64,000 nt of DNA from an uncultured delta proteobacterium (GTDB lineage Bacteria; Desulfobacterota; Binatia; HRBIN30; BPIQ01): the NCBI GenBank assembly GCA_963761335.1, contig CAVXGR010000012.1, positions 160,001-224,000 of the forward strand, written 5' to 3'. This document shows positions 35,232 through 44,855 of the stretch, one piece after another; position 1 is the first letter of the stretch, and each line of letters opens with the position of its first letter. The notes under the pieces are model-generated. The model saw only the letters and a program-made list of their open reading frames with translations. It searched no databases and was not told the origin of the DNA. Position numbers and translations under genes: made by a program.

Positions 35232-37676
35232 ATGGGGCAGCGTATCGCAGGATTGGGTCTCGGCGCATGGCTTCTCGCCTGCGGAATCGCACTGGCGCAG
35301 CCGGCGTTCCGCACGGCGCCGTTCGAGAGCATCATCGGCGGCAACCCCGTCGCCGGCAAAGCGCTGGCGGACGTGGACGTGGACGGGAACCTCGATCTGG
35401 TGTTTCCCACCGCGCAGTCGCGCACCATCGCCGTTCTCTACGGCTTCGGCGACGGCGTCTTCGAGCTCCAGGTCGACTACGACGTCGGCATCCAGCCGAC
35501 GGCGGTCGCCGTCGCCGACGTGAACCACGACAATCGGCCGGATCTGGTCTCCGTCGACTCGACCACCAATCAGGTCTCGGTGCTCCTGGCCACCGGCCCG
35601 CGCCTGTTCGACACCGACAACCCGATCATCTTCGACAGCCCACTCGACAGCCTCGTCGGTGTGGTGGCCGCGCGCCTCGACGCCGATCAGAACCCCGACC
35701 TCGCCATCGTCGGCGGCGACCAGGACGGCAAGGTCGCCATCCTGCTCGGCATGGGAGACGGGACCTTCCAGGTCGCCCCCGACGGCGTCTACTCCATCGG
35801 CTCGACGCCGCGCTCGATCGCCGCCGCCTTCGTCAACGGCGACAACCTGCTCGATCTGGTGATCAGCAACCGCGACTCGGGAACCATCTCGACGCTGATC
35901 AACAGCGGCAGCGGCATCTTCCTCGCCGCCATCAACTCTCCGGCCGGCGACGCGCCTCTCGGGGTCGCCACCGGCAACTTCACCTCTGACACGAAGCTCG
36001 ACGTGGTGGTCGCCAATCGCAACGGCGACAGCTTCTCCCTGCTGGCGGGCACCGGCGACGGACACTTCGCGGCTCCGGTGAGCTTTCCGGCCGGGCTCTT
36101 CCCCAGCGACGCCGTGGCCGCGGACTTCGACGGCGACGGCCACATGGACGTCGCCATCGCCGACTATCTCTCCCAGGACGTCACCGTCGCCTACGGCGAC
36201 GGCAAGGGCGGCTTTCCGCGCCTTCGCTCCTTCCTCAGCGACGCCGGCACCACCGGCGTGCTGGCCGGCCGTCTGAATGCCGATACGCTGCCGGACATCG
36301 CGACCTTCAACGTCCTCGAGTCCGCCAGCTACGCGGTGCTGCTCGCCCGGCCCGGCGGCGGCTTCGAGGCGGAGGAGACCTTCCGCACCATCGATGACCC
36401 GACCCTGGTGGCGGTCGCCGACCTCACCGGCGACGGCCGGCCCGATGCCTTCGTCGCCAGCGACAACGATCATATGGCGACGGTGCTGATCGCCAAGCCG
36501 GGAGGCGGCTTCGCCGCCCACAGCTACGACGCCGGCGGCGCCTCGAACGGCGTGGCGCTCGCCGATGTCAACGGCGACTTCCACCCCGATCTGCTGCTGG
36601 CGCAGGGAATGAATGTGGCTCTCGCCATCGGCGACGGCGCCGGAGACTTCGGAGCGCAACAGACCCTCAACGTCGGACGCGCCGTATCGAACGTCGCCGT
36701 GGGTGACATGAACGAGGACGGCATTGCCGACATCCTGGTGAGCGAGAACACGGCACAGAGCATCGGCATCTTCACCGGCAAGGGGGACGGCACCTACAAC
36801 GACGTCGTCCACCGCACGGTGCAGACGGGGGGCAGCGATCAATTCTACCCGCTCAGCCTCCTGGTCACCGACCTGGATCGCGACGGACATCTGGACGTCA
36901 TCGCTCCGAACTTTCTCGATCCCGACGCCGGCGCCATGATCGTCCCCACCATCTCGGTGCTCTACGGCAACGGCCAGGCCGACTTCTCGCAGCGTCTGGC
37001 CCTCGCCTCGACGCGGCGGCCGATGACGGTGGCGGTGAGCGACGTCGACAATGACGGCCTCCCGGACGTGATCAGCCTGAACCAGGACTCGCCCAATGGG
37101 CTGCTGGTGTTCCGCGCCACTGCCGAGCGCGCGTTTCAGGCGCCCCCCGGCTTCGGCGCCACCTTCAGCGCCGGCAGTGTGCCGGCCGCCCTGGCGCTGC
37201 GCGACATCGACGGCGACGGCATCCGCGACCCACTGGTGGCGGATCAGGTGAGCGACCGCGCCGTCCTCCGCCTCGGGCGCGCCAACGTGCAGATCTTCAG
37301 CGGCACGGTCGCCGCCTGCCCGGATGCCCCGTGTCTGTCTGCCGGCCGTACCCCGGTGGGCATCGCCGCTGCCGACTTCGACGGCAATGGCACCTACGAT
37401 CTGCTCACCGTCAACCGCGGCGGCGGCAACGTCGCCCTGGCGGTGAACCTTCTCGACAGCTCCGTGGTTCGCGGCGACGGCAACGGCGACGGGCAGGTGA
37501 GCGTGGCGGACTCCATCGCCGTGATGCGCGCCCTGGCGGGTGGCGGCAACGGCCGTGCCGTGGAGGATGCCGTGCGCGAGGGGCTGGCGAGCAATGTCGG
37601 CGCCGATGCCGACGGCGACGGGACGCTCACCACCTCCGATGCCATCGGCGTCGCCGGGCACCTCTTCGGAGGCTGA
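35232..37676 (+). CDS. Secreted FG-GAP/VCBS repeat protein with C-terminal dockerin-like EF-hand pair
   Basis: Signal peptide; many ADxxGDGxxD repeats; GDGNGDGQVSVAD ... DADGDGTLTTSD. Confidence 0.88.
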   Translation: MGQRIAGLGLGAWLLACGIALAQPAFRTAPFESIIGGNPVAGKALADVDVDGNLDLVFPTAQSRTIAVLYGFGDGVFELQVDYDVGIQPTAVAVADVNHDNRPDLVSVDSTTNQVSVLLATGPRLFDTDNPIIFDSPLDSLVGVVAARLDADQNPDLAIVGGDQDGKVAILLGMGDGTFQVAPDGVYSIGSTPRSIAAAFVNGDNLLDLVISNRDSGTISTLINSGSGIFLAAINSPAGDAPLGVATGNFTSDTKLDVVVANRNGDSFSLLAGTGDGHFAAPVSFPAGLFPSDAVAADFDGDGHMDVAIADYLSQDVTVAYGDGKGGFPRLRSFLSDAGTTGVLAGRLNADTLPDIATFNVLESASYAVLLARPGGGFEAEETFRTIDDPTLVAVADLTGDGRPDAFVASDNDHMATVLIAKPGGGFAAHSYDAGGASNGVALADVNGDFHPDLLLAQGMNVALAIGDGAGDFGAQQTLNVGRAVSNVAVGDMNEDGIADILVSENTAQSIGIFTGKGDGTYNDVVHRTVQTGGSDQFYPLSLLVTDLDRDGHLDVIAPNFLDPDAGAMIVPTISVLYGNGQADFSQRLALASTRRPMTVAVSDVDNDGLPDVISLNQDSPNGLLVFRATAERAFQAPPGFGATFSAGSVPAALALRDIDGDGIRDPLVADQVSDRAVLRLGRANVQIFSGTVAACPDAPCLSAGRTPVGIAAADFDGNGTYDLLTVNRGGGNVALAVNLLDSSVVRGDGNGDGQVSVADSIAVMRALAGGGNGRAVEDAVREGLASNVGADADGDGTLTTSDAIGVAGHLFGG

Positions 37677-37679
37677 ACG

Positions 37680-38114
37680 ATGCTCGCTGAAGCGCAGCTG
37701 CAGCAGGATCTCACCGCGGCCATGAAGGCTCGCGACATGGAGACGGTGTACGTCCTCCGCGGTCTGCTCACGGCGATCAAAAACTTCAAGGTGGAAAAGC
37801 AGGTGCAGGAGGTGCCCGAGGCCGAGCTGGCGGTGCTGGTGCGCAAGGAGATCAACCGTCGCGACGAAGCGATCGAGTTCGCCCGCAAGGGCAACCGCGA
37901 CGACGTGGTCGCGGAGAACGAGCGGCAGAAGGCGGTCCTCGACCGCTATCTGCCGCAGCAGCTCTCCCGCGAGGAGCTGGAGAAGGCGGTCGCCGACCTC
38001 TCCGCCGAGCTCGGCACCACGGCCATCGGCCCGCTGATGACCAAGCTGCGCGAGCGCTACCCAGGTCGGTTCGACGGCAAGCTCGCCAGCGAGATCATCC
38101 GCTCCCGGCAGTGA
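37680..38114 (+). CDS. GatB/YqeY domain protein
   Basis: DLTAAMKARD, KEINRRDEAI, YLPQQLS, IGPLM, DGK. Confidence 0.9.
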   Translation: MLAEAQLQQDLTAAMKARDMETVYVLRGLLTAIKNFKVEKQVQEVPEAELAVLVRKEINRRDEAIEFARKGNRDDVVAENERQKAVLDRYLPQQLSREELEKAVADLSAELGTTAIGPLMTKLRERYPGRFDGKLASEIIRSRQ

Positions 38115-38191
38115 GGGGGCAGGCTCCTTTTCGGCGGAGAAGGGCGGGGAATGAGCTGACCGCCCGCCGCGCCGAAAAGGTGCCTGTCCCC
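38115..38191. repeat. REP/MITE-like inverted repeat (repeat family B)
   Basis: GGGGGCAGGCTCCTTTTCGGCG ... CGCCGAAAAGGTGCCTGTCCCC, 22-bp arms with 2 mismatches. Confidence 0.8.
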
Positions 38192-38267
38192 CGGCCGCGC
38201 TCTCACGTCGCTTGCCGCGGCGCCGGTCACTTGGCAACATGCGGCTGTGCCCGGGTTGCTGCGAACC

Positions 38268-38468
38268 ATGTCGCGCACCTGCGTGTGGATGGGGATTGCC
38301 GCGATTGTCTCGCTCTTCGCCGCGCTGTCGGTGATGTTCCTGATCGCCGACACTCCACAGATCGACCGCTGGTTCCTTCTCTCCTCGGCAGTCGCCGGCA
38401 TCAGCTTCCTCGGCGCCATTGCCGTCTCCCTGGCGGAGACCCACGTCTCGCCGCCCCGCGAACCGTGA
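38268..38468 (+). CDS. Small two-TM hypothetical protein
   Basis: Two hydrophobic segments; fills the gap before the ABC permease. Confidence 0.55.
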   Translation: MSRTCVWMGIAAIVSLFAALSVMFLIADTPQIDRWFLLSSAVAGISFLGAIAVSLAETHVSPPREP

Positions 38469-38502
38469 ACGGCTCGAAAGGCGCCGGAGGTCTGCCCGGG
38501 CG

Positions 38503-39420
38503 ATGAGAGCGGCGCTGAGCCGCATTGGCTGGAGCGCGGTGATCCTTCTCGGCGTCACCTGGATCACCTTCGTGCTCACCTTCGTGATTCCGGCGGACCC
38601 GGCGCGCACCCTCGCCGGCCCCAAGGCCGATCGCGCCACGCTGCAGCGCATCCGCCGCGACATGGGGCTGGATGCGCCGCTGGTGGTCCAGTACGGCCGC
38701 TATCTGCGGCGGCTCGCGCGCGGCGATCTCGGGCGCTCCTACGTGACCCGCCAGGACGTGCTCGGCGCCATCGCCGAACGCCTGCCGGCGACGGCGGTGC
38801 TGGCTCTGAGCGCCCTCGGCATCGCCGTCGTGCTCGGTGTCGGCGTCGGCCTGTGGACGGCGGCCGCCGCGGCTTCCTGGGGCGACATCGGCGTTCTGGT
38901 GGCGGCGCTCCTGATCCTCTCGCTGCCGGTTTTCTGGCTGGGGCTGATTCTCCTCTACGTCTTCGGTTACTGGCTGCGCCTGCTGCCCCTGGGCGGCTTC
39001 GACTCCGCCGCCAACGTCCTCCTCCCGGCGCTCACGCTCGGGCTCGGCAGCGGTGCCTACTACGCGCGCCTGGTGCACACCAATCTGCGCCAGGTGATGC
39101 GCAGCGACTACATCCGCACGGCTCTGGCCAAGGGTGCCGCACCGCTCACCGTCTACGGCAAGCACGCCCTGCGCAACGCCCTGCTGCCGCTGCTGACCCT
39201 GGTGGGCCTCGAGCTCGCCGGGTTGATGAGCGGCGTGGTGCTTACCGAGACGGTCTTCAACTGGCCCGGTCTCGGGCGCCTGGCGGTCGACGCCGTGTTC
39301 AACCAGGACATCCCCATGATTCTCGGCACGGTGCTCTTCAGCGCCGTCCTGGTGATCGCCGCCAACGTCGCCGTGGATCTCCTCTACCTCGCGGTCGATC
39401 CGCGCATTCGCCGGAGCTGA
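38503..39420 (+). CDS. Peptide/nickel ABC transporter permease (DppB/OppB-like)
   Basis: PADPA, GDLGRS, DYIRTALAKG, HALRNA, ETVFNWPGLG, DPRIR. Confidence 0.93.
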   Translation: MRAALSRIGWSAVILLGVTWITFVLTFVIPADPARTLAGPKADRATLQRIRRDMGLDAPLVVQYGRYLRRLARGDLGRSYVTRQDVLGAIAERLPATAVLALSALGIAVVLGVGVGLWTAAAAASWGDIGVLVAALLILSLPVFWLGLILLYVFGYWLRLLPLGGFDSAANVLLPALTLGLGSGAYYARLVHTNLRQVMRSDYIRTALAKGAAPLTVYGKHALRNALLPLLTLVGLELAGLMSGVVLTETVFNWPGLGRLAVDAVFNQDIPMILGTVLFSAVLVIAANVAVDLLYLAVDPRIRRS

Positions 39421-39424
39421 GGGG

Positions 39425-40243
39425 ATGAACCAGGTACGCCTGCGCGACATCGGCCTGCTGATGGTGGCGATCCTCGCAATCGCCGCCGTCTTCGCACCCT
39501 GGATCGCTCCCTTCGATCCCATCCGACCGGTGGCCGACAGCTTCGGCGATCCCTGGCCGCCGCAGGCGCTCCACTGGCTGGGCACCGACGAGCTCGGTCG
39601 CGACGTCCTCAGCCGCATCCTCTACGGCGCGCGCATCTCCATGCTGGTGGCGCTCTCGGCCACCGCCCTGTCCCTGGGCATCGGCGTCACCATCGGCATC
39701 ACCGCCGGCTACTTCCGCGGCGCCGTGGACACGGCGCTGATGCGCTTCACCGACGTCTTTCTCGCCTTCCCGGCCCTCCTGCTGGCGATTGCCATGGCCG
39801 CCCTGTTCGAGCCCGGCCTCCTCAAGATTCTCGTCGTCATCGCTCTGGTGAGCTGGACGGCAATCGCGCGCAGCGTGCGCAGCGAGGTCCTGTCGCTGCG
39901 CGAGCGCGACTTCGTCCTCGCCGCTCGCGCCCTGGGCGGCGGGTCGCTGCACGTGATGCGCCACCATCTGCTCCCCAACGTGGTGCCGACGGTGGTGACC
40001 ATGGCGGCCCTCAGCACCTCGGGAACCATTCTGCTCGATGCCGGGCTGAGCTATCTCGGGCTGGGGGTGCCAGTGCCGACGCCGAGCTGGGGACGCATGA
40101 TCAGCGACTCGCAGAGCTACTATCGCGTCGCCCCGTGGCTCGTCGTCTTTCCGGGTTTGGCAATCGCCTTCGCGGTGCTCGCCTTCAACTTTCTCGGCTA
40201 CGGATTCCTCGCCGCCTTCGAACGCGACCGCGAGGGATCGTGA
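39425..40243 (+). CDS. Peptide/nickel ABC transporter permease (DppC/OppC-like)
   Basis: HWLGTDELGRD, FVLAARALG, LSYLGLG, PSWG. Confidence 0.93.
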   Translation: MNQVRLRDIGLLMVAILAIAAVFAPWIAPFDPIRPVADSFGDPWPPQALHWLGTDELGRDVLSRILYGARISMLVALSATALSLGIGVTIGITAGYFRGAVDTALMRFTDVFLAFPALLLAIAMAALFEPGLLKILVVIALVSWTAIARSVRSEVLSLRERDFVLAARALGGGSLHVMRHHLLPNVVPTVVTMAALSTSGTILLDAGLSYLGLGVPVPTPSWGRMISDSQSYYRVAPWLVVFPGLAIAFAVLAFNFLGYGFLAAFERDREGS

Positions 40244-41820
40244 GCCGCCGGCGCATCCGGCATCTGCTCGCGGCGCTCCTCGCAGGTCCGCTGTTGGCAC
40301 CGTGCTCGTGTCGCCATTCGGTGGCGCCGCCTCCCCCGGGAATCCTGCGCACGGCCGACAGCCAGGACGTGCCCACGCTCGATCCGGCGATCGGCTACGA
40401 CACCACCTCCTGGTACTTCGAGCAGATGCTCTACAGCACTCTGCTCGACTACGACGACGAGAATCATTTGGTGCCGGAGCTCGCCAGCCGCTGGGAGGAG
40501 AGCCCCGACGGATTGGTCTACACCTTCTTCCTGCGCCCGGGGGTGCGCTTCAGCAACAGGCAGCCGCTGCGCGCCGCCGACGTGAAGTACTCGATCGAGC
40601 GGGTTCTGCGCCCGCAGACGCGCTCGCAGGGGGCGGAGTTTTTTGCCGGCATCGAGGGCGCCACCGCCTTTGTCGAGGGGCGGGCGGACGGCGTGGTCGG
40701 CATCGAGGTGCTCGACGATGCGACGCTGCGTTTTCGGCTGACGGCCGTCGATCCGCTCTTTCTCCACAAGCTGGCGATGCAGTTCGCCGCCGTGCTGCCG
40801 CGCCAAGTGGCCGAGGCGGAGGGGGAGGACTTCGGCGAGCATCCCGTGGGCTCGGGGCCTTTCGTCCTGCTCGAGTGGAAGCGCGGCCAGGTGCTGCGGC
40901 TGCGGCGCAACCCAAACTACTTCCGGCGCGGCTTGCCGCGCCTCGAGGGAGTGGACCACCTCGTCGGCGTCAACGAGCAGCTCGAGTGGCTCAAGTTCGA
41001 GTCCGGCGACATCGACGTCGCCGCCATCCCCGCCTCGGAGTTTCCCCGCGTCATCCGCGACCCGGCCTACCGCGGCCGGCTGGTGTCGATCACCTCGATG
41101 ACCACCAACTATCTCGGCATGAACTGCCAAGTGCCGCCATTCAACGACGTGCGCGTACGCCAGGCCGTCAGCCTGGCCATCGACCGGCACAAGACGCTGC
41201 GCCTGATCAACGACCGCGGCCGCGTCGCCGTCGGTATCCTGCCTCCGGGCATGCCCGATTTCCGCGCCATTCCGGCCGCGGCGGATCACGATCCGCAACG
41301 CGCCCGCGAGCTGCTGCGGCAGGCGGGGGTGCCGCAGTTCGACACGGAGATCTGGACGCGTACCGACGAGACCATGCTGCGCCTGGCGCAATCGTTTCAG
41401 CAGGATCTCGCCGAGGTCGGCATTCAGGCGCGCATCAAGAACCTCTCCTGGGCATCCTTTCTCGAGGCGATTCGCCGGCCGGGTCTGGTGCCGCTGTACG
41501 CGCTCGCCTGGCAGGCCGATTTCCCCGACCCCAGCAACTTCCTGGAAGTTCTCTTCCACTCGCGCAACATCGGCTCCAACAACAACGCGTTCTTCTCCGA
41601 TCCCACAGTCGACCGCCTGCTCGATCAGGCGGCACAAACCGTCGACGCCGCGGCGCGGCTGGCTCTCCTCGACGAGGCCCATCAGCGCATCGTCGAGCAG
41701 AAGCCGTGGGCGCTTCTCTACTACCCGATCACCTACCAGGCGGTGCAGTCGCGGGTGCGCAACTATCACCTCCACGCTCTGCGCCCGCCGCGTCTCGAAG
41801 AGGTTGACGTCGGGGGGTGA
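40240..41820 (+). CDS. Family 5 ABC substrate-binding protein
   Basis: TLDPA, PELASRWE, DVKYSIER, PVGSGPF, VRQAVSLAIDR. Confidence 0.92.
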   Translation: MSRRRIRHLLAALLAGPLLAPCSCRHSVAPPPPGILRTADSQDVPTLDPAIGYDTTSWYFEQMLYSTLLDYDDENHLVPELASRWEESPDGLVYTFFLRPGVRFSNRQPLRAADVKYSIERVLRPQTRSQGAEFFAGIEGATAFVEGRADGVVGIEVLDDATLRFRLTAVDPLFLHKLAMQFAAVLPRQVAEAEGEDFGEHPVGSGPFVLLEWKRGQVLRLRRNPNYFRRGLPRLEGVDHLVGVNEQLEWLKFESGDIDVAAIPASEFPRVIRDPAYRGRLVSITSMTTNYLGMNCQVPPFNDVRVRQAVSLAIDRHKTLRLINDRGRVAVGILPPGMPDFRAIPAAADHDPQRARELLRQAGVPQFDTEIWTRTDETMLRLAQSFQQDLAEVGIQARIKNLSWASFLEAIRRPGLVPLYALAWQADFPDPSNFLEVLFHSRNIGSNNNAFFSDPTVDRLLDQAAQTVDAAARLALLDEAHQRIVEQKPWALLYYPITYQAVQSRVRNYHLHALRPPRLEEVDVGG

Positions 41821-41845
41821 CGGATCGGGTTGGCGGGTTACTGAT

Positions 41846-42859
41846 TCACCGCGCCGGCGGCGCCGTCTGCACGCCCTGCTGGTTCATGCGGAAGATCAGC
41901 TCGGCGACGCGATCGGCGACCTTCAGCTTGGCCGCCAGGCGGGCGTTGACCTTGCGCTCCTCTTCGAGCTCGGAGCGCAGCCGGGTGTTCTCCTGCCGGA
42001 CCTCGGTGTCGCTGCCGCTATCGCTCGCGGCGCCGGTCATCTCCTTTTCGTCGGGCGCCACCGGGGCACTGGCCACCGGTGCGACCGGCAGTGCCGGGGC
42101 GTCGGAGGCAGCCGCTGCGCCGGCGGGCTCGCGGCGCGCCTGCTGCAAGCTCTGGCGCAGCTCGTCGCGCTGCTGCTCGAGCTCGGCGACCTGGCGGCGC
42201 AGCTCGGCCGAGCCGCCGGTGCTCGCCTGGAAGCGGGCCTTGCGCGCCGCCTCGGCGCGGCGCTGCAGATCCTCGACGCGCGCCGCCAGCTGGGCGCGCT
42301 CCGCCTTCACCGCATCGAGCTCGGCGCGCAGCGACGCGCTCGCCGCAGCCCCCGCGGCCTCGGCCGCCGCCGGTGCGGCGTCGCTCTCGGCGGCAGGCGC
42401 CGGAGCGGCAGGTGCGGGAGCGGTACAGCTCTCCGCCCGCGCCTTCAGCTGCTCGATCTGGGTTTGCAGCGCCTGGCGCTGCTCCTCCTGCTGCTTGAGC
42501 TCCCGCCGCAGCGAGGAATCCGAGGTGCGCAGAACCCTCAGGTCGGCGGAGTCCATCTTCTGACTGTGGGCCTTCGATCCGAGGTCGGCGCGCAGGCGTC
42601 GCTTGAGCGCCTCGCTCAGCTCGGTTTCGCGGTGGCGCAAGCGATCGACCTCGGCACGCAGCCGGGTGATCTCCTCCATGCTGTCGTCGAGAGCACGCTT
42701 GGTCGCCGCCAGCTGCTCTGCCTGCGGGTCGCCTTCCGCCGCATTCGCCGGCGCCTTCGCGCGTGTGGAGCAGCCGGCAAGCGCGCCCAACAGCAGCGCC
42801 AGGGCGAGCCCTCCAAGCAGACCAGCATTCCCCAACCCACTGCCGTTCGAGATCCGCAT
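41846..42859 (-). CDS. Coiled-coil lipoprotein, unknown function
   Basis: Lipobox LAGC; long heptad-rich helices separated by Ala/Pro linkers. Confidence 0.7.
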   Translation of the reverse strand: MRISNGSGLGNAGLLGGLALALLLGALAGCSTRAKAPANAAEGDPQAEQLAATKRALDDSMEEITRLRAEVDRLRHRETELSEALKRRLRADLGSKAHSQKMDSADLRVLRTSDSSLRRELKQQEEQRQALQTQIEQLKARAESCTAPAPAAPAPAAESDAAPAAAEAAGAAASASLRAELDAVKAERAQLAARVEDLQRRAEAARKARFQASTGGSAELRRQVAELEQQRDELRQSLQQARREPAGAAAASDAPALPVAPVASAPVAPDEKEMTGAASDSGSDTEVRQENTRLRSELEEERKVNARLAAKLKVADRVAELIFRMNQQGVQTAPPAR

Positions 42860-42976
42860 CAGAGGAGAGCTTTAGTCGATTCCCGGCATTCGTGTCAAAG
42901 CGCTGGGAAAGGGGACGGTGCGGCACGGGGCGGTGCCCACGCGCGCCGGGCGTGCGGGAGCAGCGCTCTCGGGCAT

Positions 42977-43732
42977 TCATCGCGGCAAGGCGATCTCCGC
43001 ATACGCGTGCGCGCAGGGCGGACCGTCGGCGTGGAAGTAGCGATATCGTCTCTCCGCAGCACTGAAGAGGAGGATCGTCGAGGAGCGCGTGCCGTACTCG
43101 CCGCGGTGCACGCAGAGATTGTTCGGGGGGCCCTCGCCGCGGGGATCGAGCGGCGTCGAGTGATCGGCGAGGATCTGCCGGAGCTTCTCGACGATCGCCT
43201 CGAGCGGCTCCGCGTCGAGGGCGCCGGCCGCTGCCGCAAACAGGCCGTGCGCCTTGGCGATGCGCGGGCAGGTCGGGTCGTTGAGATCGAGATTGGTGAG
43301 CAGGTGGACGCCGGAGGGCAGGGGGGTCACCTCGAGGCGGGGCTCGCTGTTCTGCGCCACCAGTGCCGCTTGCGGCGCCGCCACCAGCAGGTTGAAGGGG
43401 TTGTATTCCGAACCCGCCTGTCCGGTGACGAGCGCGCGCGCCGCCTCGAGATCGCGACTGCGCAGCACCTCGAGGCAGAGAAGGCCGCGCGAGCGCCGCT
43501 GCGGGTCGGGAAGCTCTCCGGTGCGGCGGTTGAGGATCCCGCAGGCGAGCTGACTCTGGCTGACACCCAGCCAGGTGCCGCCCGCGACCAGGTCGAGCCC
43601 GGCAACGACCCAGGGATGGTCGTCGATGGGCTGCGGCGCCGTGGCGGGCCGCGAGAGGAACTCGTCCCGATTGGCGGCGATCACCAGCGGGTACCGCCGC
43701 GACTGCCCCAGGTAGAGCGCCAGTGTGCACAC
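42977..43732 (-). CDS. NRDE/TANGO2 family protein
   Basis: MCT, AANRDEF, GGTWLG, SRG, YGTRSST. Confidence 0.93.
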   Translation of the reverse strand: MCTLALYLGQSRRYPLVIAANRDEFLSRPATAPQPIDDHPWVVAGLDLVAGGTWLGVSQSQLACGILNRRTGELPDPQRRSRGLLCLEVLRSRDLEAARALVTGQAGSEYNPFNLLVAAPQAALVAQNSEPRLEVTPLPSGVHLLTNLDLNDPTCPRIAKAHGLFAAAAGALDAEPLEAIVEKLRQILADHSTPLDPRGEGPPNNLCVHRGEYGTRSSTILLFSAAERRYRYFHADGPPCAHAYAEIALPR

Positions 43733-43878
43733 GGCGCCGATTATAGACGCAGGGCCAAGGGAAGGGCGAGGCGAACCGTCCCGCGGTGGCGCGACCTCAC
43801 ACGAAAGTGCAGACAGGTCGCATTGTCTTGCCGCTAACCAGATGGTATCGTGGCAAAAATTTGACTCAGGAGCTGTGC

Positions 43879-44838
43879 GTGTTCGAGACGATTGAGGAGG
43901 TCACCAGGCGCTTCGCGGAGCAGAACTACATCTGCGACCGACGCCTGGCGACGGTGATCTTCCTGGCGACCCGACTGCAGAAGCCGATACTCGTCGAGGG
44001 TCCGGCGGGGGTGGGCAAGACCGAGCTTGCCAAGGTCCTGGCCGCGTCTCTCGACTACGAGCTGATCCGCCTGCAGTGCTACGAAGGGCTGGACGAGGCC
44101 AAGGCGCTCTACGAGTGGGAGTACGCCAAGCAGCTTCTCTACACACAGATTCTCAAGGACAAGATCGGCGAGATCGTCGGCGGAACGCGCACCCTGGCCG
44201 AGGCCGTGGAACGCATCGCCAGCGAGGACGACGTCTTCTTCTCCGACCGCTTCCTGCTGCCGCGACCGCTGCTGCGCGCCATCCACTCGAAGCATCCGAC
44301 GGTGCTGCTGATCGACGAGATCGACAAGTCGGACTCCGAGTTCGAGGCCTTCCTGCTCGAGGTGCTGAGCGACTTCCAGGTGAGCGTTCCCGAGATCGGC
44401 ACGCTGCGCGCCGACTTCATACCGCTGGTGGTGCTCACCAGCAACAACGCCCGCGAGATGTCCGACGCTCTCAAGCGCCGCTGCCTGCACCTCTACATCG
44501 ACTTTCCGCCGGCCGAGCAGGAGCTCGCCATCGTCCGCCTGAAGGTCCCCGGCATCGCCGAGCAGCTCTCCGCCGACGTCGTCGACGTGGTGCAGCGCAT
44601 CCGCCACCTCGATTTGAAGAAGGGGCCGAGCATCAGCGAGACTCTCGACTGGGCCAAGGCTCTGATGATCCTCAACATCGAGCAGCTCGATCAGGATCTG
44701 GTGAACGAGACGCTGAGCACGATCCTCAAGTACGAGGGCGACATCCGCAAGGCGCAGGACGAGCTCAAGGACTATCTGCAGAAGCAGAAGGCGAAGGCAC
44801 CGCCGGCGGCCCAGGCGGACAAGGATCTGCTCCACTAG
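43879..44838 (+). CDS. MoxR/CoxD-type AAA+ ATPase
   Basis: EGPAGVGKT, RLQCYEGLD, LLIDEIDK, SDALKRRC. Confidence 0.93.
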   Translation: MFETIEEVTRRFAEQNYICDRRLATVIFLATRLQKPILVEGPAGVGKTELAKVLAASLDYELIRLQCYEGLDEAKALYEWEYAKQLLYTQILKDKIGEIVGGTRTLAEAVERIASEDDVFFSDRFLLPRPLLRAIHSKHPTVLLIDEIDKSDSEFEAFLLEVLSDFQVSVPEIGTLRADFIPLVVLTSNNAREMSDALKRRCLHLYIDFPPAEQELAIVRLKVPGIAEQLSADVVDVVQRIRHLDLKKGPSISETLDWAKALMILNIEQLDQDLVNETLSTILKYEGDIRKAQDELKDYLQKQKAKAPPAAQADKDLLH

Positions 44839-44855
44839 ACGCGAGGCGGCGCGGC

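Noticed and set aside
35034..38663. Long antisense ORFs (e.g. 35034-38663, 84-2423, 14686-17052, 32377-34680)
   Set aside because: Stop-poor reverse frames typical of high-GC genes; no recognisable motifs and they lie opposite well-supported genes.
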